From Ptychodera flava (Eukaryota), in contig NC_091947.1 of the NCBI RefSeq assembly GCF_041260155.1, forward strand, positions 31,770,780-31,834,779: a DNA stretch of 64,000 nt. The letters run 5' to 3'. The notes below the pieces were generated by a model. The model saw nothing but the letters and a program-made list of their open reading frames with translations. It did not search any database and was not told where the DNA came from. Of this stretch, positions 13,046-23,684 are shown piece after piece (the stretch's first letter is position 1; the number at the start of each line of letters is the position of its first letter). The position numbers were made by a program, and so were the translations under genes.

Positions 13046-15987
13046 ACGTCGATATATGGTTCGCCAGAGTTAATATTTTGCAAAGCTTTTTTTCTGTAGA
13101 AACAGTTACGCTGTCAGTGAGAACCAATCATTTGCAAAACGTACATAAAAGTCAGTGATTGATTTATTGCACCGATCAAAGTCAAATGGTAGTTTTTCAC
13201 ACAATTTGTTGAAAATCAAAGGTTTCCCGCTGTGCCAGCTGTAGTGTCACTGTCAATGGATATCTCATCTAAGAATGCGTGATCAAGTGGAGTGTCAACT
13301 CAATGTTGTGGCTTATAGTGAGCAATATCTTGCTCAAACTGTGTTTATTTAAATATTTTAGCATATCTGCCACAAAAGATTTGACTGATTGTCTCTGTGT
13401 GCCTGTTAAGTGCCTCTAGTGGCACATATCGGCACATAATGAAAAATAAGTTCTGGCAGCCTTTTTTGTGTGTAGCTTATAAGCCGCAAGACAGTGGGAC
13501 ATATGCCACAAAAAAAAATTTTCGTAAGGGAGGTGACAGTATACCTTTAAAGTCCAGCCAGTCACATTCCTGTGCATTCTTTACGTGTTGATCAAAAAGT
13601 AGTGACATTGTGAAGGTTTACCAAGAATATCAGATGTCAAATTGTACTTGACACCATAAAGATCCCTCAGAAGACATCAGCCAAGAAATCTTGAAAGTGT
13701 GAAATTATGATATCATGGCCATCATAGACCAATTTAATTAAATTTAATTACTTGCTTACAAGGTGTGTATATTTTTCTGAAGCCTGAAGAAATAAATGTA
13801 TCCATGGATAATGTATGTTACTGTTGGCAGGATTGTATCGGTTTGATTGACTCAGAGAATCAACATTTGTGGCTTGGCTGTACAGAACTCACAGTACCAT
13901 TCTATTGATTGTGTCAAAACCATGGAAATGGCCCAAAATGTAACTTTTGATAAAGATTTGTTGTAAATGTATAGGACAATGCTAACAGGGATATTTTCAA
14001 GTGGGAGATGGGGCTAACACTATTTTGCCTCTGTGACAACCAGCTGATTGTCTGGCTTCACATTTTTAGTAGACTTTACTATTGTTTGAGAAACCAACAG
14101 TAATCTGACCAAAATGTCAGGAGTATCTAGGTCCTTTTATTCTGATTTGATCAAAAATTACTTCAATTTGCCACCTAACAGTCACTGAAATCACTTCATT
14201 GCAGTTCAACTATTATTTATTTCAGTAGTGATAAGGAAAGATACACTGCAAGTTGTTCCCTGCATAGAGGTCCATTTTGAGTACAGCAATGGAATATTCC
14301 CAAGAAATGTGGAAGTGTTCATCTGCCATTCACTCACTGACAGTCCTTTCAACAGAGAATGTACTGTGTATTTTATGAATGATAATCCTGTGTCAAGGAT
14401 TTCTTGTAAAAATTTTTTTTAACTCATTACCTCAATATGTTCCTTTGAGGAATTTCCCAATTTTGCATTCAACTGTATTCAATATTATCGATTTGGTTAC
14501 TTGAGTCAATAACTTCCTTTTAACATCATAAATGTTTACTGCAATATCTAATTGGATATTGAATGCAGTGGGATCCTGCATCTATAGAGCTTGGCTGGAC
14601 ATGGTTCTGGGTGCTAGGCTTGTGTCTGGCTCACTTGAGTAATTTTATTTCACATGAGTCTAGCGCCCTCTAGGACTGTGAAACTCTGATAAGCTTTTGT
14701 GTACCATAATGCAGCCAATAGGTTATGTATGACTGTTTATTGTCACCACCATTCTACAAACTGTTGTCTTCGTGCTACTACAAGAAAGTCACTGAAAACA
14801 CAGTGGCTACTTATCAGATATGAGCAAACACATGAAAGATTATTTTCATCTAAATTTTATTCTACAAAAAGGTTTATAGACAACGTATCTTACAGCAAAT
14901 AAGTTTGGAGTCCACGCATGATAACATTAATACATGTACATTCATAACACTGTAGTCACTACTTAGTCTAGTGTATGCATCTTCAGTGAATTATTATGGC
15001 ATATTGCTTTACGAATAATATATCCAAAACAATGCCGTCATTTATTGACAGGCACATGTCAGTTTGACTTTGCTTTAGCGACTGTCACAGATTGTCACAT
15101 AGGTTCAACAGCCAAATTTTTTTCATTGAGATCAAGCTCCCTTAAACAAAAACTTCAATCAAAGGAAGTGTTGATGTTGTCCATCAAGTAAAATGTAACA
15201 CTTTGCTGTAGCTTTCAATAATATGCCCAAGGCATTATGAAGTCATTAAGTAATCAGCATAACCATGGAGTTGTTTTTCAGGTCCATGGTGTAATTGATT
15301 AACTATGTGGTTGCCAAGATGAGTGCAAAAGCGAAGTTCAATAATCGAACGGAGTTAAAATCCCCTCCTTAACCATCAAATTTTGCTGTTTGAATTTACG
15401 TGACAATCTGAGACAGTCCCTTCATGTTGGACATTGGGGCAAATGTGAGACATGTTGTTGGCATTTGGACCTTGTGCCTTCAGCATTGGCATGCTAGAAT
15501 TCATCACAAACATCACAGTCTATTTGATGTACTTCTGATATGTCAATCAAGTACAAAATGACACTGAAAACATCAGCAAAGATCATTCAAAAATGTAACA
15601 GACACAAAAGTTGTTTAATTAAGAAAGAGTGTTTGTTGAAGAATGCATCTGACACATTTATTCCTTGCTGGTATAATGCTGTTTCTACATCAATTCAATT
15701 GCTCAAATGATAATATTGAGATATTACAAAAATCAGAGACATTAATATAATCAATAACTACCCCTATGCAAATTCAAATTTCCACCTACAAATTAAAATT
15801 AAATCAATCAGGAGAATAAAGAAAGAGCTCCAAGCGAAGAGTAATTTGATAACAGTCAGGAACACAATGCAACCACTCTCTATGTCCTGTTTGAACCTCC
15901 CTCATGGATCAATGTTCATATTTCTGGCAGTTTGTTGCAAGGGTAGAAAAACTACATTTCAGTTTGTGACCAGCTGACAAGCCTTGA

Positions 15988-16108
15988 TTACTTTGGTTTG
16001 GTTTCCTGATCTGTGACTTTTCTGATGTAGACAGCGTCTTCTGGGTGTTCCTGTTCACCTTGTTCATACATGTAGGATGATGCTATGGCCAAGACGGACC
16101 CATCATGG
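15988..16108 (-). CDS. BUB3: BUB3 terminal coding exon, TAA at 15988-15990
   Basis: Encodes (S)HDGSVLAIASSYMYEQGEQEHPEDAVYIRKVTDQETKPK*, against human NDGTTLAIASSYMYEMDDTEHPEDGIFIRQVTDAETKPKSPCT. Acceptor tctccctccag|. A non-autonomous hAT-like element lies in the preceding intron. Confidence 0.85.
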
Positions 16109-16608
16109 CTGGAGGGAGAACAGACAAAGTCAGTCAGTCAGTTAGATACACCAAGTCAGAACAAGATATACACGTCTTATTTCCTTGAACTTGTCTCTGA
16201 AAAAAGTTGTCAATTTTCATTCCAGTAACAAACGATAGTCCATGGTCACTGTTCTCAGTATTTTGGAAATAGTGTCCTAACAGATCATTCTAAGAGTTGT
16301 AGTCGTTAAGAAACACTTCACTTCGTTGAGAGTAGTCTATTGACTTCTTCATTGTACCAGGTACAGCCAGACTGCACTTTTGACTTGTAAGAAACAACAA
16401 CAATCATCATAGCCTTGTGCTGTGGGAACCATTGACACTGATTGTTGGAAGGTAGTGTAATTTGTATTAAGGAGGTATGAAGGGCACAAGCTGAGATTGG
16501 CTTGGACATCAGTTTTCTTCACTGTGGACAGAAACATTGCATGATAAATGGCACCGCCCTCTAGGTAGAATAAAGTATCTGTATTGTCACAAACACCACA
16601 ACTTAGTC

Positions 16609-18188
16609 AGGGCTTGACAATTCCTATCGCCCGACGCCCGGGACAAGTGAAATTTACGTTCGGGCAAGTCAAAAATAAAATCTGGTCGCCCGCCGGACAA
16701 GTTGTTTATACAACTTCTGGCGCAATCAACGCGAACCTAAGTTGCGGTTTGTGCACGTGTCGCCCGATTTGCGTTGTCGTTCACACAAAATAAATGTCAA
16801 TCACTGACTTTTTTAGATACAATTTCTTCTGCGATTCACTTGCCGACTCACAAAATGTTGCAATTTTTCGATGATCGACATGAAATTGTTTCATCCTCCA
16901 ATTAAAAAAGTCGCTTAAAATTTGGCGTAAACAGCATTTCTTTGTTGTATGCTGACTGCTCCGCCCCAACAAATTAGGTAAAAAATTGCAAAACCCAATC
17001 ATATTGCTTATCGGCGATCGACCGTGCAGTACTTCAAAATCATTTATGCTGCCTCGCGAGGTAGACGAACATTGTTGGCAGATAGTTAGTGGAGTGATCG
17101 CTGTAAATATGAGTATTTTACGGTAATATTTCCACTAACGCAAACAAGGCATTGTGCATTTTCGCGAGCCAGAGCGTAGTTTCCGCTCCGCAGACCTACG
17201 TAAAAATCAAGCAAAGCTGTTGCCGTAAAGAGGCGCGTAGTTTACGACGATGGGCATTGTGTAACTCTGAGAAACGACGTTGTGATGATTTACGACGGCG
17301 CCACGAGGGCCAGCGTGAGTGGGATCGTCTGAGAATCGACGACTCGATGTGATGATTAGAACGATGTTTCTGACAAAAGATCTAAACATAAGCATTATGA
17401 TGAGGAAAAACGCCGTAGATGTTATCTCCGAAATGGAAAGCACTGTGGCCTTGGTTGAAATATGACGATTCCAAAAATGTTCTATACGTCGTGTCTCAAA
17501 TACCCCACCATTGCCAAACCATGGAGGTAGGAAGAGACTACCCATGGCCAATCCAAGCGAAATGCTTTTCTTGACGGATGCGACATGTTTCGCGTTGAAG
17601 CGTTCAGGTCTCACGAGTTTTGTGGAGGGACCGTGGTTTAGTCAACCGCATTTGGACTTTTGGCGCATCGCAGATGAGATAGTGACGGGGACAATGATTG
17701 TGGAAATTTTGTGGGTCCCGCTGAGCCCGGGGCCAACACCCCGATCGCATGCACTCGCAATGCGTGAAGCGAATGACGACGACCAGAGACAGAAACTGAC
17801 CAATCTTTTTACGACAGCATTTATGCTTGCCAAACACGGGAAGCCGATGTAAGATATGTACCTTCAAATTCAATGTTTTGTTAGCCCTGCGTACAGGTCT
17901 GTGTGTTCCCGGCGTTGTACGGTCTCTATTGGCGGAGGCCGTATAACGCCGGGAACACACAGACCGTACGCAGGCATACTTCAATGTAAACTTTTGAGAA
18001 AAATCGGCGTCAACATCGGCGAAAATCACCAAAATAAGAAAACCCTGAAAGCCGCTACGGAATTCGTCGCAAGTATTTGGTCTTGATTATTACAAATGGA
18101 GGACAAGTAAAATTTTGAGAGGACAAGTGAAATTGAAAATCCACTTGTCCGACGGACAAGTGAACTGGAAAAAAATTGTCAAGCCCTG
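16609..18188. mobile_element. Non-autonomous hAT-like DNA transposon of about 1.6 kb in the last intron of BUB3
   Basis: TIRs (C)AGGGCTTGACAATT / AATTGTCAAGCCCTG. The Ac-like CAGGG terminus is present. 8-bp direct repeat ACTTAGTC flanks at 16601-16608 and 18189-18196. Subterminal GGACAAGTGAAATT repeats occur in inverted orientation at both ends (about 16640-16700 and 18090-18170). Internal ORFs of 113-142 aa have no recognisable transposase motifs. The element contains a copy of the hairpin MITE at 17882-17976. Confidence 0.65.
17882..17976. mobile_element. Hairpin MITE family, variant copy inside the hAT-like element
   Basis: TAGCCCTGCGTACAGGTCTGTGTGTTCCCGGCG...CGCCGGGAACACACAGACCGTACGCAGGC. 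The loop GGCGGAGGCCGTATAACGCC resembles that of the 61339 copy. Confidence 0.6.
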
Positions 18189-18265
18189 ACTTAGTCTGGA
18201 AGATATCAGTTGCTCAAGGACGCGCTTTTGCCATGAGCACTCTGAGGATATATCTGAATACATAC

Positions 18266-18438
18266 CTGAAAGACAGTGAGGATATACTTGTAGGATAGCG
18301 GTGGAACTGGCAAAGTCGTTTCTTGTTGAAGCCATCCCAGATATTGACAAAGCCATCAGAACCACCACTGGCAAATGTATTATGACTGCTATGGAATGAT
18401 ATAGCATTGACAGGATAGATGCGTTCCACTCCATCAAC
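18266..18438 (-). CDS. BUB3: BUB3 exon 5
   Basis: Encodes [57 protein letters not shown](S), against human [52 protein letters not shown]. Acceptor tttttgacag|, donor AG|gtatgtat. Confidence 0.9.
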
Positions 18439-18687
18439 CTGTCAAAAAGGTAAACAAGGGCATGTTTGATGAGAATGAGAGAGATTTTATTGTTCAAGCT
18501 AATGCGCTTCATAACAATTATTTTGCTGAGGTAGACTTTGTCAGAATAAAACTGCAGGATCATTTGCAAGTGCTAAGTTTCACACTGTAAATATTGCATT
18601 TTAATTATCAGTTTTGCCCAAAAGAACAATACAATAATATTTTCTTTTTCGAAGCTAAAAACAAGTTGACTGAATCTAATAAAATAC

Positions 18688-18951
18688 CTTGAGTCTGTGG
18701 CATTTGAAAGCATACTTCTTCTTCTGAACTTCAGGACTTGGATCTAGGTACTCGACAGCAACTCTTCCTTCTATACTACTGAGAACATAGCCTTGCTTGT
18801 TGGGAAAACATCTTATACACCTGGTTTGGTATTTTAAACTAGACTCTCTTCGCTGTTGGACATAACCCATGTTGCGTAGATCCCATACCAGGACTTTGCG
18901 ACCTGCTGTACCAACTACAAGTCTGTCACCACATACAGCCAGTGTGTACAC
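18688..18951 (-). CDS. BUB3: BUB3 exon 4
   Basis: Encodes [88 protein letters not shown], near-identical to human BUB3. The M of the supplied ORF is a GTG codon. Donor AAG|gtatttt. Confidence 0.9.
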
Positions 18952-19174
18952 CTTTTAATTAGAGGATGACAAGTTGATATCACTAGGTTATTTGATAGCA
19001 GTCATGTTCATACAGTCTGGGCTAAAAAGACCAGACGTAGCACTGGACTAAGGATTAAATTTAGTTTGCTCGTGAGTTGAGCCAACTAAGCACTTCCAAC
19101 ATATTTGTATGATCACATAGAACCAAATGATCAAAGACAGATATCTAAGATTCATTGAATTGTGACAGACCTAC

Positions 19175-19326
19175 CTTATCTGGTTGTGAAAATGATCCTG
19201 CATTACATGGTGTTCTGGGATCCCATAGTTTGACAGTCTGATCCCAACTACCAGTGACAATGACATTGACTTCTGGACAGAATTCAACACATCGAATCGG
19301 TGCGTCGTGATTACCAACCGTGGTTT
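19175..19326 (-). CDS. BUB3: BUB3 exon 3
   Basis: Encodes (E)TTVGNHDAPIRCVEFCPEVNVIVTGSWDQTVKLWDPRTPCNAGSFSQPDK, against human ENLVGTHDAPIRCVEYCPEVNVMVTGSWDQTVKLWDPRTPCNAGTFSQPEK. Donor AAG|gtaggtc. Confidence 0.9.
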
Positions 19327-19669
19327 CTGTATATGAAGGAACCGAGACAAGCTTTGAATGATTAATACAGTCTCACTGATGTTGATCCAGATAAGTGTAG
19401 TGTCCACAATGTTTTGGATGGAACTACCAATAGGGCATTACAGATTTTTCTGCACACATGCTTCACAAACAACACTATGATAACATATGACTTGTGCAGC
19501 CATACTTGCTCAACAACTGAACTTAAAAGCTTTACAAAGTCCAAGAGAAAGTAAAACATGAATGATAGTGGAACTCAATCTGTATGCCACTGTCTTTGCA
19601 ATTATTGAAAACTATGGTCACTCTATTACAGTGTCTTGATTGTTGACATGCAATGCATGGAAATATGAA

Positions 19670-19739
19670 GATGCTCACCTGTGTTGGAATTGATGTCGAA
19701 CATTTTCAAATTATGGTCTAATCCGCCACTGTATGTATG
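19670..19739 (-). CDS. BUB3: BUB3 exon 2
   Basis: Encodes DQTHTYSGGLDHNLKMFDINSNT, against human DPTHAWSGGLDHQLKMHDLNTDQ. Acceptor ttacag|, donor G|gtgagc. Confidence 0.85.
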
Positions 19740-20013
19740 TGTTTGATCCTGTAAATAATAATTGAGATTAATGCATGGTTATAGCATAAATCTTACATCT
19801 CATGAGAAGATAAAATATTCATAACAGTATGCAAAATCATCCGGATATTGTATTGGTTTTAGAATTTTACATGCTAAAGTGGAGAAACTGCTCAAACGGC
19901 AACGCATCTTTTCACTAAGCACTCTTCTCTATGCTCCACTGAAACAGTATTGAAAAATTAGTGTCTTAACAATACTAGCTCAATTTTTACACCGATTAGA
20001 TTTGTGTACTTAC

Positions 20014-20208
20014 ATGAAAGCAGCAGTCTAACACTGGATCACTATGGGTATATTTGGTCCTCATTATGTTGGCACTGATGTCATACAATCTGACTGTTGA
20101 GTCCCATGATGATACAAGCAGGAATTGTGAAGTGTTTGGTCCAAACTTGACGGCTGAGATACCATCACCAGGACACTGATTCAGTTTGTACTCGTTTGGC
20201 TCTGGCAT
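20014..20208 (-). CDS. BUB3: BUB3 coding exon 1, ATG at 20206-20208
   Basis: Encodes MPEPNEYKLNQCPGDGISAVKFGPNTSQFLLVSSWDSTVRLYDISANIMRTKYTHSDPVLDCCFH, against human MTGSNEFKLNQPPEDGISSVKFSPNTSQFLLVSSWDTSVRLYDVPANSMRLKYQHTGAVLDCAFY. Donor CAT|gtaagtac. A splice acceptor (tttccatttcag) lies 14 nt upstream of the ATG, so a non-coding 5' exon lies further upstream. Confidence 0.9.
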
Positions 20209-21300
20209 TGTTCAAGTAATACCTGAAATGGAAATTGAATACTGCCTATTTTTAACAAGAAATTGGCCATGGAATAATAATAATAATAGAAATTTTCTAT
20301 CTTGGTATGTCATATTGGCCTCTACTTGACCTATCTGCTGGCAACAGTGTCGCTTGCTGCGTGTAGTTTTGTACCACCACACAACTGATCTCGGCAATTT
20401 TGGGTGGTGAAACGTGCCCATCTTTCCCCACTACCCGAAATCGCCTGAGACTGTGAGAAAGTTGTTCTCTGCGTACTGTAGCAGGAGGTTAGCAGATTGT
20501 GCTTTAGAAGAAATGATCGGGGACGTTTATAAACATTGGAAGCGGTGTGAGGTTTGTAAAGAATGCATTTTGTCGTGAGTGACAGTGAGCAGTGCATAAA
20601 CAGTGCAATACTATTGCTGGCTCGCTACTGAGTTCGAGATGTTGATGCATGATGCGATGACGGGTGACTGACACAGAGGAACGACTTCACCAACTGACTC
20701 GCACGCTGCGCAGGAAACGGTCTTTGTCCACGGTAAGACCTCTTAGATAAACAAATGGACATACACAAAATAAGATAACGTTTCTAAAAGTGGGCTATCT
20801 CTTACCGGCTTAAAGTTTTACGAATGTAACACCTCGATCTCCCTTTTTGAGTAATCGTTGTTCGTGTTTTCAACGTTCGCGGTTGCAGCTTTGGTTTAAC
20901 ATGGGATGTTCTCGTGCAGACTGACGAGAAAGTGCGAGATTTAATGCTCGTCGGAATAGTCCATTAGGGTTTCGATTCATGGAGAACTTTTTTCAATCAA
21001 ACCAAAATATCTCAATAAAGTACAATTTATCGTAAAAGTAAAGGGCAGAGCACATTATCGTATAGAATAAATTAAATCAAAAACATTTGGTATGCATTGA
21101 TGTTGAATTTTCTAATGTACCTTCAACCCCTAATCAGATAATGTATTCGTCTGACTGCCCCAAATAAAACCAGGAAGTAATGTTTTGATACTTGTGGATA
21201 TCGGAAGATTTGTAGGTTGCGTCGTCGTTAAGTTTGCTGAGACTGCAGTTTTGAAGTTGAAATATAACGTTCGCTTTTCTGGTGTGTTGTTTATGCAAAA
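20209..21300. promoter_or_regulatory. Putative bidirectional promoter and 5'UTR region between divergent BUB3 (-) and MVP (+)
   Basis: The two ATGs are 1.1 kb apart and point away from each other. The spacer is the most CpG-rich stretch outside the transposons. It has strong +strand donors at about 20576 (GTC|gtgagt) and 20725 (CACG|gtaagac) that could end a non-coding MVP exon 1. It has -strand donor candidates at about 20438 and 20685 that could end a non-coding BUB3 exon 1. TSS positions are not determinable from sequence alone. Confidence 0.35.
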
Positions 21301-21354
21301 ATGAGTAACATTGTTGGTATAGGACCTAACAAATTTGTGCACGTTCTGAACTTG
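21301..21354 (+). CDS. MVP: MVP (major vault protein) first coding exon, ATG at 21301
   Basis: Encodes MSNIVGIGPNKFVHVLNL, against human MVP [22 protein letters not shown]. Donor |gtaagt. A possible acceptor (ctgcag) lies at about 21251, suggesting an upstream non-coding exon. Confidence 0.7.
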
Positions 21355-21468
21355 GTAAGTGCATTTGTGGGCAGCATTTCTGTAGCAATTTTGCAGTGTT
21401 GACATTTGACCGACCAATGGAGGTTACATACATGTAATGCTTAAATCTCTGAACTTCATCCCCACATA

Positions 21469-22173
21469 CTACAGCAAAAAACAGGATGGTTGGACAGTCT
21501 CATATACATTACGTTTACTTTTTTGTACGTGGCACACAAGTTTTGTAGATAACATTGTAGATAAGAAGAACCGACTCATTTGAGTGTCTGGATAGAACAC
21601 ACAAGGGAATTGCTAGATTACTAAGCTACTGCAGTGAACTGCAATAAAACTGCTCACATTAATTAGTTTCAGCTGTATCCAGCTGGCAAAGTCGACAACA
21701 TTGTATGTCCCATGCAGACAGTTTGTCTGGGGAAGTTGAAATAAACAAGATTTGTACATGGACCAGTGATGGTAATGTTACATTGTATCTTAATCTTGAA
21801 CACAGGGTGACAATCGTAAACTTCCATTTACAACCCCAGACAGAGCTAGTTTTGCCTTTGGACAAGTAGAATTTTTTTGTCTGTATCAAGTAACCTTGGT
21901 CAACACTAAAGTGGCCACGGGTGAAACAGAAACTGCCCAGTTATAACACACTACACGCCAATCTGCCAGCTGGCTACAGCTGAAACTAATTAGTGTAAGC
22001 AGTTTTATTGCAGTAGCTTAGTAATTTAGCAATTCCCTTGTGTGTTCTATCCAGACACTCAAATGAGTCGGTTCTTTTTATCTACAATGTTATCTACAAA
22101 ACTTGTGTGTCACGTACAAAAAAGTAAACGTAATGTATATGAGACTGTCCAACCATCCTGTTTTTTGCTGTAG
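21469..22173. mobile_element. Foldback-type MITE of about 705 bp with roughly 225-bp inverted arms, in MVP intron 1
   Basis: The left arm at 21469-21692 is the reverse complement of the right arm at 21949-22173 (CTACAGCAAAAAACAGGATGGTTGGACAGTCTCATATACATTACG... / ...CGTAATGTATATGAGACTGTCCAACCATCCTGTTTTTTGCTGTAG). The unique centre is about 256 bp. A possible TA target-site duplication is present (cTA|CAGC...GCTG|TAg). Confidence 0.7.
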
Positions 22174-23550
22174 ACCCATCGCGCCACGTTCAATATACTC
22201 ATGAAGGTAAAAGATTTTACCTCAACAATACACTATTGCTGTGTGCAAGAACGAATGTTAAAGTTGACAAATTATGAGCTATAAAGTATCTTGTCTTTTT
22301 TTGCACACTCTGTAAAGATGTAGCTGTGGCATCATAAATATGGATTGCACACAGAATACTCAATTCATTTTAATAGGCCTGTAAATGTGCTTCATTGCTC
22401 ATTATCGAATGACTTGCATATATTAGCGAGAATGGTTGTAAATTCCTTAACCAAGTGACTTTGTATCTGAAAATTTAAGTCAGTAACCTTAGCAGAATTA
22501 GGAGAAGATCCTACAGATTTGGCCCCTTTTCTACACTACAAACTGTAACAGGTTGCAGAATAGGGTTATACCAGTATTTATATAAAGTTGCTGCCTTGTG
22601 AAGATTTTCTTTTACTATCAAGATCATTATTTCACCTATTTATTTTAAATAATTTTTCAGGCCTTAAGTGGAAAACGTTATCTGCTTTTAGATAATGATC
22701 ACATCTACACATTCATGCTAGAATATTTCACTTTCACTTTGAATGGAATTCCAGAGAATTTGCCTGTCCTCATCACTGGTATATTCATACCCAATTTTCA
22801 AATATTATAATACGTTTTAGAGGACTTAAAACAATTGAGAAGCTTCATCTGAAATCCCAGTATCTGAAGTACTTGTGAATGCAGCTTCATCTACTTGTAA
22901 ATAATTTCTGGACATTGTGATCTCCTTTGCAGATCATAAATGTGAGTTCTTGTGTACTGCAGTAGAAACCACCAGTTTTAATGAAACAAACATATGCCAA
23001 TAGTCACCTTGAAATGTTGGAATATGTTTGTATCAAAATTATTTGAACATAAATGAAATATGAAGATTAAAAATACTAAAAATGACATAGACATAAGTGT
23101 CTTGATTGTCTTTATTTCTTCAAAGCAGCATATCAGAGGGATAGGATCACGATTTTACATTTAGTGCTACCATTGTGGTTTACACCTGCAGTGATAAGGT
23201 CTCATTTTGGCTCATTTTGAGAAATATAGCGGCACAGTTTTATTCTACTCAGAAATTAATGGCACATATTAATTGTTCAGATTTCCCTCTTCAGAAACTT
23301 TGGGTCCAGGATGATTTATTTCACTATATACAATAAGGGAAACAGAGATCATCGGTATGACTGATCCTTTAAAGAGCGTTAATTTTGTGGTTATTAGTAT
23401 CAGACCACTAGCCATAATTGAATGACTGCATATAGATTTCTCAGAAACCCACAGTTAAATTTACTCTCCATTTTGCAAAAGTTGCAATCAGTATTATGCA
23501 ATTGTACAATCAGTTTTTCAGTCCCTTTTGTTTTCTTTGTTTACATGCAG

Positions 23551-23684
23551 ACAACAAACGTCACTGGCCTTGCAGTAGGTCCACAGACATTGGTGTTACA
23601 GACAAATGAGAAACTGGTTGCAGGACCAACACCATGTGTGGTTGTACCACCAGGATACTATTGCATTGTAAAGGACCCAATCAG
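23551..23684 (+). CDS. MVP: MVP exon 2
   Basis: Encodes QTTNVTGLAVGPQTLVLQTNEKLVAGPTPCVVVPPGYYCIVKDPIR, against human [46 protein letters not shown]. Confidence 0.9.

Larger units (their letters stand above)
9271..13551. mobile_element. Composite non-autonomous TIR DNA transposon of about 4.3 kb carrying nested MITEs
   Basis: Terminal inverted repeats TTTAAAGGTATACAGTCACC at 9271-9290 and its reverse complement GGTGACAGTATACCTTTAAA at 13532-13551, matching 19 of 20. Subterminal inverted similarity includes CCCTTACGAAAA...TGTGGCTTATAAGC at 9447-9545 against 13420-13530. No transposase ORF is present. Whether TTTAAA or TTAA is a target-site duplication or part of the TIR is ambiguous. Confidence 0.5.

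Noticed and set aside
15657-15662. AATAAA on the - strand about 326 nt downstream of the BUB3 stop, as a candidate poly(A) signal
   Set aside because: It is plausible, but AATAAA and ATTAAA hexamers are frequent in this AT-rich DNA, so I did not annotate poly(A) sites for any gene.
17882-17976. TSD for the hairpin MITE copy inside the hAT element
   Set aside because: TTCAATGT occurs on both sides but is offset by 2-4 nt from the termini. This is not convincing, unlike the clean 10-bp TSD of the 12945 copy.
17207-18032. ORFs of 113-142 aa inside the hAT-like element, as a possible transposase remnant
   Set aside because: No BED zinc finger, DDE/RNase-H or hATC motifs are recognisable. The element at 1.6 kb is too short for a hAT transposase. 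I treat it as non-autonomous.
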